Below are positions 54,737-63,423 of a stretch of 64,000 nt of DNA, one piece after another (within the stretch, counting starts at the first letter, position 1; each line of letters begins with the position of its first letter). Source of the DNA: Verrucomicrobiota bacterium (lineage in GTDB: Bacteria; Verrucomicrobiota; Verrucomicrobiia; Limisphaerales; UBA9464); assembly GCA_043755815.1 (NCBI GenBank), contig JAYUSF010000224.1, positions 8,924 to 72,923 on the forward strand. Reading direction: 5' to 3'. A program made the translations under genes and the position numbers. Under the pieces are notes generated by a model, which was not told where the DNA came from, did not search any database, and saw nothing but the letters and a program-made list of their open reading frames with translations.

Positions 54737-56311
54737 TCAATCGAGGTCCGAGACCCCCGCCAATGGTCCCGCGGGCGCGGGCCGTGGCTTTCGCTCCGGC
54801 AAGAAGTCACAGCGCTTGGGCCAAGCTACCGCCTCAGGATCGCCGCGGCCGAATTTGGCGGTCGGCGAAGCTTTTGCCGCCTCGTCCGGAAACCCCCGCC
54901 AGAAAAACCGCCATTGCCGACCGTCGGCATTTCGCCGCGTGCGGATCACCCCGAACAGGCTCGACGTCTTGGAGGCATTCGTCGAGACGTCGCGCCGCCA
55001 CAGATTCCAGAGCAGGGACTGGCTGGCCATCCCGCGCACCGGGTTCTTCTCGCTGCGATACACCGACCACAGCGGGCTGTAGATCCGGTCGACCGACTCG
55101 TTGTTCTTGATCAGCGTTTCCAGCGGCGCAATGGCCTGAAACCGTTCGCGCCCCTCAAAGTCACGCTTCCAATAGAACAGCGGCCAAAGGTCACGCCGCT
55201 CGTTCCGGGCCCCGGACGGCCGGCTCACATCCCGCGAATGGTCATAGAGGAAAAAAAGGCTCCGCCAGCGGTCGCTCGCGAGCGCGGGTTTGTTGATTTC
55301 GCGATGATCGTAGAATGGCCACACGACGAAATTCCGGGCGCGCGTGGGCGTCCGCTCGGTGCCCCAGAGCGGCCAGAAGCGCCGGGCGGTTTTGCCCTCG
55401 CCGTTGGCCCAGCCGAGGAACGGCCACGGCGTGCCCCATTCTTCAAAACGATTCTTCCGATCCTGGGTGTGGTTGAAGAACGGCCAGAGGACCGTCGTGC
55501 TGTCGAGCGCGGGTGACCGCACGGCCGAGAACAGCGGGAGCACCGTCCGCTGCGTCACCGGGTTGGTGGTGCCCAGGGCGGTCTTTTCAAAAAAAGCCAG
55601 CGGCCAGGCGAAGAAGGATTTTTCATGGCCCGGAATGAGTTCCAACTCGTCGATGAGGTTGGTCTTCCAAGTCACCTCCCGGATCTCGTGGCCGGCCAGC
55701 GGCCAAAGTTGCCAGCCGCTCACGCCGGCGCCCCGGCGGACATGGAAGAACGGCGCCGGCACGTTGAAGGTTTCCACGCCCGCCTTTTTGGTGACGACCC
55801 AGAGTGGCAGGGCGACGAACCGGACTTCGTCGCGGAAGAAATGGTTTTCCATCCGCCCGTAGAACGGCACGACGGCAAGGTAGTCGTTGGTGCCCGAGGC
55901 GGACTTCTGCCAGAAGACGAAGGGGAAGAGGTTCCGCCGGGTCTTGGTGTCACTGTTGGTCGCGTCGGCGATCGTCTGGCTGCCCGCCACGTTCAGCCAC
56001 TGCAGGAGCTGCCAGCGGTATTCCGTCTCGAACCGGTCGTAGGTCAGGAGCGGGTAGATGAGATCAAAATGAACCCGGCCCAGGGCGGGATCCCGGAAGC
56101 TTCGCAGCAGCGGAGAAAACGCCCACCAGTGCTGGGTGCCGGAGGTTTCCGCGGAGAAGAACGGCCCCGCCGCCTCGTGCCGTTCGCCGGGCTGCATCAC
56201 CGCCGGAGCGGTGGCCGTGAGCGGACCCAGCTCCGCCGCCCCCGCGACACCGGTCGCGGCGACGGCCAGCAGGCGCAGCCAGCCGAACACTTTGCCCCAA
56301 GGAACCCTCAT
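54737..56311 (-). CDS. secreted repeat protein with about 17 WP(L/F)(F/W)-type aromatic motifs (hypothetical, possibly outer-membrane)
   Basis: Signal peptide MRVPWGKVFGWLRLLAVAATGVAGAAE. Recurrent motifs LFPFVFW, VVPFYG, ALPLWV, LWPLAG, AWPLAFF, LWPFFN, PWPFLGW, FWPLWG, VWPFYD, LWPLFYW, YSPLWSV. Confidence 0.6.
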   Translation of the reverse strand: MRVPWGKVFGWLRLLAVAATGVAGAAELGPLTATAPAVMQPGERHEAAGPFFSAETSGTQHWWAFSPLLRSFRDPALGRVHFDLIYPLLTYDRFETEYRWQLLQWLNVAGSQTIADATNSDTKTRRNLFPFVFWQKSASGTNDYLAVVPFYGRMENHFFRDEVRFVALPLWVVTKKAGVETFNVPAPFFHVRRGAGVSGWQLWPLAGHEIREVTWKTNLIDELELIPGHEKSFFAWPLAFFEKTALGTTNPVTQRTVLPLFSAVRSPALDSTTVLWPFFNHTQDRKNRFEEWGTPWPFLGWANGEGKTARRFWPLWGTERTPTRARNFVVWPFYDHREINKPALASDRWRSLFFLYDHSRDVSRPSGARNERRDLWPLFYWKRDFEGRERFQAIAPLETLIKNNESVDRIYSPLWSVYRSEKNPVRGMASQSLLWNLWRRDVSTNASKTSSLFGVIRTRRNADGRQWRFFWRGFPDEAAKASPTAKFGRGDPEAVAWPKRCDFLPERKPRPAPAGPLAGVSDLD

Positions 56312-56553
56312 CAGACGGGCGGGAGAATTCGGGGATAACGGCGACGGGCGCAAGTTTCCGGGTGGCACAATCGGGTCTGGCGCGTCAGCCGAGGGTTAGG
56401 CCCCATCCGGGCCACGGCTTGGGTTGACGCATCCGGAGCGACCGTCCAGAAGTGTTCCGTTTGCTGGCCGTTCGAACGCCATTCCTCGGTTTGGTATTTG
56501 TCCGGAGCTGTGCAACCGTTCGTGAGCTGCGGGTTGGGACGGGCACTGTCGGC

Positions 56554-57465
56554 ATGAAGATCAGCCATGAACCGGGTCAGACCACGTCGGGGCGTTCCAG
56601 CCTCTACGAGTGCCGCGTCATGCACCACCGGCTTTCGCCGAAGCGGCACAAGTTTGAATACGGCATCTTCATGGCCCTGCTCGACCTGGACGAACTGGAT
56701 TCGCTCACGTCGAAACTGCGGCTCTTCGGCCGCAATCGGTCCCGGCCCTACAATTTCCGGGATGATGACCACCTGCAAAGTCGGAAACCGGAAGGCGGAG
56801 ATCGGGCCGGAGTGGCGGACCTCAAATCAGGGATCCGCGTCTGGCTGGCGGACCAGGGCGTGGCCACGGCAGCGGATTGCCGGATCAGCCTGCTCACGTT
56901 GCCCCGGGTCTTCGGCTATGTGTTCAACCCGGTGAGCTTCTACTTCGTCGAGACCGCCACGGGTGAATCCATCTGCGCCATCGCCGAAGTGGGGAACACC
57001 TTCGGCGAACTGAAGCCATACCTGGTTCCCCTCGCTGAAACGGATCGGGGTGGCGGGGCGGAATCCGCGTTCCGCCTAGTGGCCCCCAAGCACTTCTACG
57101 TTTCCCCGTTCAGCGATCTCGAACTCAGTTTCGACTTCCGGCTGCACACTCCGGGCGAACAGCTCCAGATCAGCGTGAACGACGTGGCGGCCGACGGCCA
57201 GCCGGTGCTCCTCAGCACGCTCACCGGCCAACGCCGGCCGCTGACCGACCGCCAACTGCTCCGCCTCACTGTCCGCTACCCCTTGGTCACGCTGCACGTC
57301 ATCGCCCTCATCCACTGGCACGCGCTCAAGCTCTGGTGGAAACGGCTTCCGCTGTATCGCAAGGCGGAGAAGACCGAACTCCAGCGCGGGGTGTTCCGGC
57401 CCCATTCGAGCCTTCAGCCGGCGGCTCCCGCTTTGCCGATACCCCCCACCTTGCCAGCAGCATGA
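56554..57465 (+). CDS. DUF1365 family protein
   Basis: SSLYECRVMHHRLSPKRHKFEYGIFMALLDLDELD and YNFRDDDHL, a typical DUF1365 N-terminus; usual partner of cfa-type genes. Confidence 0.85.
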   Translation: MKISHEPGQTTSGRSSLYECRVMHHRLSPKRHKFEYGIFMALLDLDELDSLTSKLRLFGRNRSRPYNFRDDDHLQSRKPEGGDRAGVADLKSGIRVWLADQGVATAADCRISLLTLPRVFGYVFNPVSFYFVETATGESICAIAEVGNTFGELKPYLVPLAETDRGGGAESAFRLVAPKHFYVSPFSDLELSFDFRLHTPGEQLQISVNDVAADGQPVLLSTLTGQRRPLTDRQLLRLTVRYPLVTLHVIALIHWHALKLWWKRLPLYRKAEKTELQRGVFRPHSSLQPAAPALPIPPTLPAA

Positions 57466-58697
57466 AGTTCCCCCTGCCCTCCGCCTGCGCCTTCCTCCTC
57501 ACCGTAACGGCGTTCGCCACCGACTGGCCCTCCTGGCGCGGCGTCGATCGCAATGGCATCACCCCGGAGACCGCCTGGTCGCACGACTGGCCGGCCGACG
57601 GTCCGAAGCGGCTTTGGAAAGCCAGCGTCGGCACCGGCTTCTCGTCGCTGGTCGTCGCCGACGGACGCCTCTTCACGCTGGGATGGGCCGCGGATCAGGA
57701 CACGGTGATCAGCCTCGACGCGGCCACCGGGAAGACGAACTGGACGTTCACCTACCCCGAAAAGCTGGCGGACAAGATGTATGAGGGCGGACCCAACTCG
57801 ACGCCGCTGGTGAATGGCCAGCGTGTCTTCACCGCCAGCAAGACGGGCAACCTCCACTGCCTCGAGGCCGCCACCGGCAAGCTGCTCTGGAACCGCAACC
57901 TCAAGCAGGACATCGACGCGAAAATCGCGGATTGGGGTGTTTCCGGCGCGCCCGTGCTCGCGGATGCCCAGACGCTGCTCATTAACTACGGCCCCCACGG
58001 CGTCGCGATCGATCCCGCGACCGGCCAGGTGCTCTGGAAATCCGGCACCAAGAAGGACATGAGCTTCACCGCGCCGGTGGTGACGCAGCTCGGCGCGGAA
58101 CCCGCCGCCCTCTTCCACATGTCCGAGGCCCTGGTTGCCGTGAATCCGCGCACCGGCGCCACGCTGTGGGAATCCAAGTTTGGCCAGGGCTACCGCACGC
58201 ACTGCTCCGACCCGGTCGTCAGCGGCGACCTCGTCTTCATCAGCTCCGGCGACGACGGCGGCGAACTCCTCCGCGTCACCGACAAGTCCGCGGAACGCGT
58301 CTGGAAGAACAAGAACCTGTCCACCTTCACCGGCACGGCGGTGCTGCTCGGCGGTAATCTCTACGGTCACGAAACCGGCGGCTACAAGGCGGCGAACCAG
58401 CAACTGCGCTGCGTGGACTTCGCGACCGGCGAGGTAAAGTGGGGCGAAGGCGGCTTCGGCCAGGGCTCCATCATCGCGGCCGGCGACCGGCTCATCGTGC
58501 TGAGCGAAAAGGGCGAGCTCAGCGTCGTGAAGGCGAACCCGGCGAAGTTTGAGCTGCTCGCCCGCACCCAGGCCATCGGCGGCAAATGCTGGACCGCGCC
58601 GGTCCTCGCCAACGGCCGGATCTACGTCCGCAACGCCAGGGGCGAACTCGCGTGCTTCGACGTCGGCGCGAAGCAGACGGCTTCCCTCGCCCAGTAA
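57462..58697 (+). CDS. PQQ-like beta-propeller repeat protein (BamB-like fold), secreted
   Basis: Signal peptide MKFPLPSACAFLLTVTAFA, then TDWPSWRG and repeated blades (GRLFTLG, GQRVFTAS, GKLLW, GQVLW, GDLVFISS, GNLYG, GEVKW, GRIYVRN). The ATG overlaps the DUF1365 stop. Confidence 0.8.
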   Translation: MKFPLPSACAFLLTVTAFATDWPSWRGVDRNGITPETAWSHDWPADGPKRLWKASVGTGFSSLVVADGRLFTLGWAADQDTVISLDAATGKTNWTFTYPEKLADKMYEGGPNSTPLVNGQRVFTASKTGNLHCLEAATGKLLWNRNLKQDIDAKIADWGVSGAPVLADAQTLLINYGPHGVAIDPATGQVLWKSGTKKDMSFTAPVVTQLGAEPAALFHMSEALVAVNPRTGATLWESKFGQGYRTHCSDPVVSGDLVFISSGDDGGELLRVTDKSAERVWKNKNLSTFTGTAVLLGGNLYGHETGGYKAANQQLRCVDFATGEVKWGEGGFGQGSIIAAGDRLIVLSEKGELSVVKANPAKFELLARTQAIGGKCWTAPVLANGRIYVRNARGELACFDVGAKQTASLAQ

Positions 58698-58702
58698 AGG
58701 CC

Positions 58703-59080
58703 ATGCATCCGAACTGGAAGATTAGCGAAGATCGGTTGGTGGAACCCCTGTTCGAGCGGGAGCCGGACAATGTGCCGGGGCCTTTCTACGTCATCAAAGA
58801 CCGTTGTATCATCTGTGCGCTGCCGGTCGAAACTGCCCCCGCCAACATCACTTGGAGAATGTGCGATGGTTGTCCCGACCGTTGCCGGGTTGAACGCCAA
58901 CCCGAATCGGCTCCAGAACTGGAGGCGATGATCGAAGTGGTCCGCGGCTCCTGCGTGGACGCCTACCGCTACTGCGGCACTGATGATTACGTGCTCAACA
59001 GACTTACTGAACTGGGGCAGGCCCATTCTTGCGATGCGCTGGTCCATGCCAATCCCGTCTTACGCGATCAAATCAAGTGA
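58703..59080 (+). CDS. small cysteine-rich ferredoxin-like protein (hypothetical)
   Basis: GPFYVIKDRCIICALPVETAP resembles the start of a 4Fe-4S ferredoxin, but the remaining Cys spacing (CDGCPDRC) is atypical. By eye more A/T-rich than its neighbours. Confidence 0.55.
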   Translation: MHPNWKISEDRLVEPLFEREPDNVPGPFYVIKDRCIICALPVETAPANITWRMCDGCPDRCRVERQPESAPELEAMIEVVRGSCVDAYRYCGTDDYVLNRLTELGQAHSCDALVHANPVLRDQIK

Positions 59081-60381
59081 ACGAACTCGAATCCAATCCC
59101 CTCGCCTTCGCGACCTCCACCGTTCAGGAGACCGTGGAAACGTCCTCGCCACCCCAGGCTTCGCTGACCGACCGGGCTTGTCAGGCGTTGATCTTCCGCG
59201 CGTTCGCCCCGATGCGGCGCGGCCGGCTGACCTTGCGCTTGCCCGATGGCTCTCTACGTGAGTTCGGCACGGGCGAAGACGGTCCCGTGGCGGAAGTGCA
59301 TGTGCGCTCGCCACGCTTCTTCCGGCGCTGCGTCTTGGATGGCGACATCGGCTTCGGCGAGTCGTATCAGGCCGGCGAGTGGGATTCGCCCGATCTCTGC
59401 GCGGTCATCGCCTGGTTCTGCGCCAACGTGGAGCAGGCGCCCACGCTCAGCGGCTCGCAGAACCGCGGCTGGTTTGCCGCGCTTGGTGGGCTCGCCAACC
59501 GCCTGCGCCACGCGTTGAACCGCAATTCGCTCGCCGGTTCCAAGGCGAACATCCACGCCCACTACGACCTCGGGAACGCCTTCTACTCCCTCTGGCTCGA
59601 CCCGACGATGACCTACTCGGCCGCGCTGTTTGAGTTCCCGGACCAGAACCTCGCCGCCGCGCAGACAGCCAAATACGACCGCTTGTGCCGCGAGTTGCGG
59701 CTGCAACCGACCGACCATGTCCTCGAGGTCGGTTCCGGCTGGGGCGGTTTCACCGAACACGCCGTGCGGAACTACGGCTGCCGGGTCACCACGGTGACGA
59801 TCAGCGAGGAGCAGCGGAAGTTCGCCGGCGAACGGTTCGCCCGCGCTGGCATCGCGGACCGCGCGGAGGTGAAGTTGCAGGACTACCGGCTGCTCACGGG
59901 GCAGTTCGACAAAATCGTCAGCATCGAAATGCTGGAGGCAGTGGGTGACCAATACCTGGAGACCTACTTCGGCAAGGTGCAGTCGCTGCTCGCGCCACAC
60001 GGCCTGTTCGCCGCGCAGTTCATCACGTGTCCCGATGCGCGCTACGCGGAGTTCCGCCGTGGCGTGGACTGGATCCAAAAGCATGTCTTCCCCGGCTCGC
60101 TGCTGCTCTCGCTGAACCGGGTGAACGAGGCCATCCAGAAGACGGGCCGCCTGTCGCTCCATAACCTTCACGATCTCGGACTCGACTACGCCCAGACGCT
60201 CCGGCTCTGGCGCGGACGGTTCAATGCCCAGCTCGAAGCCGTGCGGGCGCTGGGCTTCGACGAGCGCTTCCTCCGCACTTGGAACTACTACCTCGCCTAC
60301 TGCGAGGCGGCCTTTGCCTGGCGCAACATCAGCGTGATGCAGGCGACGTGGACCGGGCCGAACAACCGTTCGCTGATGTGA
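59077..60381 (+). CDS. cfa: cyclopropane-fatty-acyl-phospholipid synthase family SAM methyltransferase
   Basis: VLEVGSGWGGFTEHAV (SAM motif I), FDKIVSIEMLEAVG, YAQTLRLWR. GTG 59077 overlaps the upstream stop (GTGA). Confidence 0.88.
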   Translation: MNELESNPLAFATSTVQETVETSSPPQASLTDRACQALIFRAFAPMRRGRLTLRLPDGSLREFGTGEDGPVAEVHVRSPRFFRRCVLDGDIGFGESYQAGEWDSPDLCAVIAWFCANVEQAPTLSGSQNRGWFAALGGLANRLRHALNRNSLAGSKANIHAHYDLGNAFYSLWLDPTMTYSAALFEFPDQNLAAAQTAKYDRLCRELRLQPTDHVLEVGSGWGGFTEHAVRNYGCRVTTVTISEEQRKFAGERFARAGIADRAEVKLQDYRLLTGQFDKIVSIEMLEAVGDQYLETYFGKVQSLLAPHGLFAAQFITCPDARYAEFRRGVDWIQKHVFPGSLLLSLNRVNEAIQKTGRLSLHNLHDLGLDYAQTLRLWRGRFNAQLEAVRALGFDERFLRTWNYYLAYCEAAFAWRNISVMQATWTGPNNRSLM

Positions 60382-60385
60382 GCCG

Positions 60386-60721
60386 ATGATCGTCTTCCTG
60401 CGCCTCGCGTTCTCGTTCGTCCTGGTGGCGATGCTGGTGGTAACCTCGTGGGCGAGTTCGGTCGTCGCGCTGTGGAACACTCCGCGCGAAGTGGCCACGC
60501 ACCCGTGGTTCATCGCGACGTTGTTCGACACCTATTTCGCGTTCCTCACGTTCTGGCTGTGGCTCGCGTGGAAGGAACGCACCTGGCCGCGGCGAATCGG
60601 CTGGCTCGTGGCGATCCTGCTGCTCGGCAACATCGCCATGGCGATTTACCTGCTGATCCAGCTCTTCCGCCTGCCGAAGACCGCGTCCTTGGAGGAACTG
60701 CTGACCCGGAGGAACCCATGA
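60386..60721 (+). CDS. DUF1475 family membrane protein
   Basis: 111 aa, 4 TM, with HPWFIATLFDTYFAFLTFWLWLAWKE typical of DUF1475; commonly found in cfa clusters. Confidence 0.8.
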   Translation: MIVFLRLAFSFVLVAMLVVTSWASSVVALWNTPREVATHPWFIATLFDTYFAFLTFWLWLAWKERTWPRRIGWLVAILLLGNIAMAIYLLIQLFRLPKTASLEELLTRRNP

Positions 60722-60797
60722 CCCATCCCCCCGCTCGAACGTTCCTTGGTGGCATCGAAGCGCGAAACGTCGTTCTGCGAGTGGCGTCGTTGCCTTC

Positions 60798-60916
60798 CCC
60801 CTCTCCTGGGGGAGAGGGCCGGGGTGAGGGCGGGCGGGCCTCCATCATCGTTCAATCGTTTTCGCAGAGTGAGTTAACGCCCGCCCTCACCCTAACCCTC
60901 TCCCCCAGGAGAGGGG
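60798..60916. repeat. 119-bp palindromic (MITE/REP-like) element
   Basis: 39-nt arms CCCCTCTCCTGGGGGAGAGGGCCGGGGTGAGGGCGGGCG and CGCCCGCCCTCACCCTAACCCTCTCCCCCAGGAGAGGGG (36 of 39 complementary) around a 41-nt A/T-richer loop. Each arm contains its own sub-palindrome CCCTCTCC-N-GGAGAGGG. Confidence 0.85.
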
Positions 60917-61010
60917 ATTTTCCGATTCGCCACCGGCATGTCACTCGCACACACCGATGCCGGTTCCAGTCTCCGGAGCTTCGCTCCGGTTGCATCCGAA
61001 ACCGCTAGCC

Positions 61011-61853
61011 ATGCCCTTCTCCCTTCTGCTCGTCCTGGCTGCGCTCGCCTTCGTCATCGTTGAGATGACCGCGACCTTCCTGGCCGCCCGGCGACTGCGA
61101 AACTTCGGGATCGTGGACGTCGTCTGGTCCTTTGGCTTCACGCCCCTCGTCTGGCTTTACGTCGGCCTGGCGGCGAGGCGGACCTATGACGCCAAGCTCG
61201 ACGCGCATCCCGAGTGGAACTGGCCCGCCGCCCTGACCATCGCCGGGCTGGTAACCGCGTGGAGCCTGCGCCTCGGCGCGCATCTGCTCGTGCGCGTGAA
61301 GTCGCATCACCCGGTCGAGGACGTGCGTTATGCCAAACTGCGCCAGGAGTGGGGCGCACAAACTGACCGGAAGATGTTCGGCTTCTTCCTGGTCCAAGGC
61401 GCGCTTCAGGTCGTGCTCTCGCTGCCGTGGCTGCTCGTCATCCTCGATACCGAACCGGCGCGCCAGTTTACGCTGAGTCCGCTCGCTTGGTTGGGCACCG
61501 CAATCTGGCTGGCCGGACTGGTGGGCGAAGCGATCGCCGACCGGCAACTCGCGGCGTTCCGGGCGAACCCGGCGAACAAGGGCAAAGTGTGCCAGCTCGG
61601 CCTGTGGAACTATTCGCGGCATCCGAACTACTTCTTCGAATGGCTGGTCTGGGTTGGCTACGCGGTGTTCGCGCTCAGCGCGCCGTGGGGCTGGCTGGGC
61701 CTGCTTGCACCCGCGCTGATGTGGCACTTCCTGGTCAACGTGACCGGCATCCCGATGACCGAGGAGCTGTCCGTGAAATCCAAAGGCGACGCCTACCGCG
61801 ACTACCAGCGCTCGACGAGTGCGTTTGTGCCGTGGTTTAAGCAACAGCTTTGA
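61011..61853 (+). CDS. DUF1295 family membrane protein (steroid 5-alpha-reductase/ICMT-like fold)
   Basis: Polytopic, with C-terminal NYSRHPNYFFEWLVWVGYA. ATG 61011. Confidence 0.85.
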   Translation: MPFSLLLVLAALAFVIVEMTATFLAARRLRNFGIVDVVWSFGFTPLVWLYVGLAARRTYDAKLDAHPEWNWPAALTIAGLVTAWSLRLGAHLLVRVKSHHPVEDVRYAKLRQEWGAQTDRKMFGFFLVQGALQVVLSLPWLLVILDTEPARQFTLSPLAWLGTAIWLAGLVGEAIADRQLAAFRANPANKGKVCQLGLWNYSRHPNYFFEWLVWVGYAVFALSAPWGWLGLLAPALMWHFLVNVTGIPMTEELSVKSKGDAYRDYQRSTSAFVPWFKQQL

Positions 61854-61929
61854 AACCGCGGATGGATATGGCCACACACGATTCGACAAACGCCGCCGTC
61901 TTCAGCGCTGAAAGCGCGACCGAGGACAG

Positions 61930-62102
61930 CCTGGGGTGGAGCGAACGGAGTGAGCGAAGCCCCAGGAGGAACACCCAATCGCCGCAAGGGCTGAAGGCCC
62001 GTGATATCGGCACTCCTTCCGCCCCCGTCTCGCGCTTACAGCGCTCCACCAATTTGCCACTACAACCTGGGGCTTCGCTCGCACGGCTCGCTTCACCCCA
62101 GG
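61930..62102. repeat. 173-bp inverted-repeat (MITE-like) element
   Basis: The 37-nt arms CCTGGGGTGGAGCGAACGGAGTGAGCGAAGCCCCAGG (61930-61966) and CCTGGGGCTTCGCTCGCACGGCTCGCTTCACCCCAGG (62066-62102) are 32 of 37 complementary. Each arm is itself closed by CCTGGGG/CCCCAGG. Confidence 0.8.
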
Positions 62103-62204
62103 CTATCATCTTGCTGGCTTTCAGCCTTCAGCAGGTGCCGTTGATTGTCCCACGCCGGGGCCCGCGTCCGCCCGCGTCTATTCGCTACTAAACCGCTCTT
62201 GCAG

Positions 62205-63365
62205 ATGCTCGACTCCCTTCTCACCCGCGACGTCTTCCCCGACTTCCTGCTCCGCATTGGCATCCGCCGGTTGCTGCGCCAGCGGCTGCGCGAGGAAGAC
62301 CAGGGCGGACTCGAACCCAACCGCGCCCATCTGCTCGCGCTTGTCGAGGAGCTGCGCCGTTCGCCCATCGCCATCGAGACCGCGGCGGCCAACGAGCAGC
62401 ACTACGAGGTGCCCACGCGCTTCTATCAGCTCTGCCTCGGGCCGCGCCTGAAATACTCGTCCGGCTATTACCCGACCGGCCGCGAGACGCTGGCCCAGGC
62501 CGAGGAGATCATGCTGGCACTCACCTGCGAACGCGCGCAGCTCGCCGACGGACAGGAAATCCTCGAGCTCGGCTGCGGCTGGGGTTCGCTCACGCTCTGG
62601 ATGGCCGAGAAGTATCCGCACGCCCGCATCACCGGCGTCTCCAACTCCGCGACCCAGAAGCTGCACATCGACGCCGAATGCGCCCGGCGCGGGCTGAAGA
62701 ACGTCACGATCATCACGTGCGACATGAACCGCTTTGAACCGCCAACTGCCGCTCGTAGCAGCCGAGGTGACGAGGCTCATTCTTTAGCCAGCAGCCAGCA
62801 TCCGACATCCAGCAGTGGAAAGGATCAGAGCCTCCTCACGTCGGCTCCTACGAAGGAACTTTGCGTCGGACGCTTCGACCGCGTGGTCTCGGTCGAGATG
62901 TTCGAGCACATGAAGAACTACGAGCGGCTGCTCGGAAACATCGCCCGCTGGCTCAAGCCCGACGGCCGCCTCTTTGTCCACATCTTCACGCACAAGCACT
63001 TCGCCTATCACTTCGTCGCCCGCGACGAGACCGACTGGATGAGCCGCTATTTCTTCACCGGCGGCATCATGCCCAGCGACGACCTGCTGCTCTACTTCCA
63101 GCGCGATGTCGAGCTGGTGAACCATTGGAACGTCAGCGGCCGTCACTACGGCCAGACGGCCGAACACTGGCTCCAGAACATGGACACCCACGAGCCGGAG
63201 ATCCGCGCCATCTTCCGCGACACCTACGGGGTGGGGAACGAAACGCAGTGGTGGGTTTACTGGCGCGTGTTTTACCTCGCCTGCGCCGAGCTGTGGAACT
63301 TCCGCGGCGGCGACGAGTGGCTGGTGAGCCACTATCTGTTCCGTCCACGACCGCAGGCAAACTGA
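62205..63365 (+). CDS. cyclopropane-fatty-acyl-phospholipid synthase-like SAM methyltransferase carrying an in-frame ~35-40-aa insertion
   Basis: [20 protein letters not shown] (motif I) and [13 protein letters not shown] (post-II). Between them lies the low-complexity insert [44 protein letters not shown]. Confidence 0.85.
   Translation: MLDSLLTRDVFPDFLLRIGIRRLLRQRLREEDQGGLEPNRAHLLALVEELRRSPIAIETAAANEQHYEVPTRFYQLCLGPRLKYSSGYYPTGRETLAQAEEIMLALTCERAQLADGQEILELGCGWGSLTLWMAEKYPHARITGVSNSATQKLHIDAECARRGLKNVTIITCDMNRFEPPTAARSSRGDEAHSLASSQHPTSSSGKDQSLLTSAPTKELCVGRFDRVVSVEMFEHMKNYERLLGNIARWLKPDGRLFVHIFTHKHFAYHFVARDETDWMSRYFFTGGIMPSDDLLLYFQRDVELVNHWNVSGRHYGQTAEHWLQNMDTHEPEIRAIFRDTYGVGNETQWWVYWRVFYLACAELWNFRGGDEWLVSHYLFRPRPQAN
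62755..62851. repeat. 97-bp palindromic element lying in frame inside the methyltransferase CDS
   Basis: Arms GTAGCAGCCGAGGTGACGAGGCTC (62755-62778) and GAGCCTCCTCACGTCGGCTCCTAC (62828-62851), 21 of 24 complementary, flank an A/T-richer core. Confidence 0.8.
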
Positions 63366-63423
63366 CGGGCGGGGGCGCCGCGGCAGGCTTCCCAAACTCG
63401 CTGCCCGTCGGCAGGCTTCACCC

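Noticed and set aside
54659-54860. Guanidine-I (ykkC) riboswitch expected upstream of sugE.
   Set aside because: GGUCCGA is present at about 54730, but the other conserved blocks are absent (CUAGGGUUCCG, ACACGGCGGGA.AAAGCCCGGGAGA). The region further upstream is the 3' end of a coding gene.
56312-56553. ECF-sigma-type promoter upstream of the DUF1365/cfa cluster (by analogy with the singlet-oxygen RpoE-ChrR regulon).
   Set aside because: Only a loose GCATCC-N15-AAGT resemblance was found, and there is no sigma/anti-sigma pair in the window.
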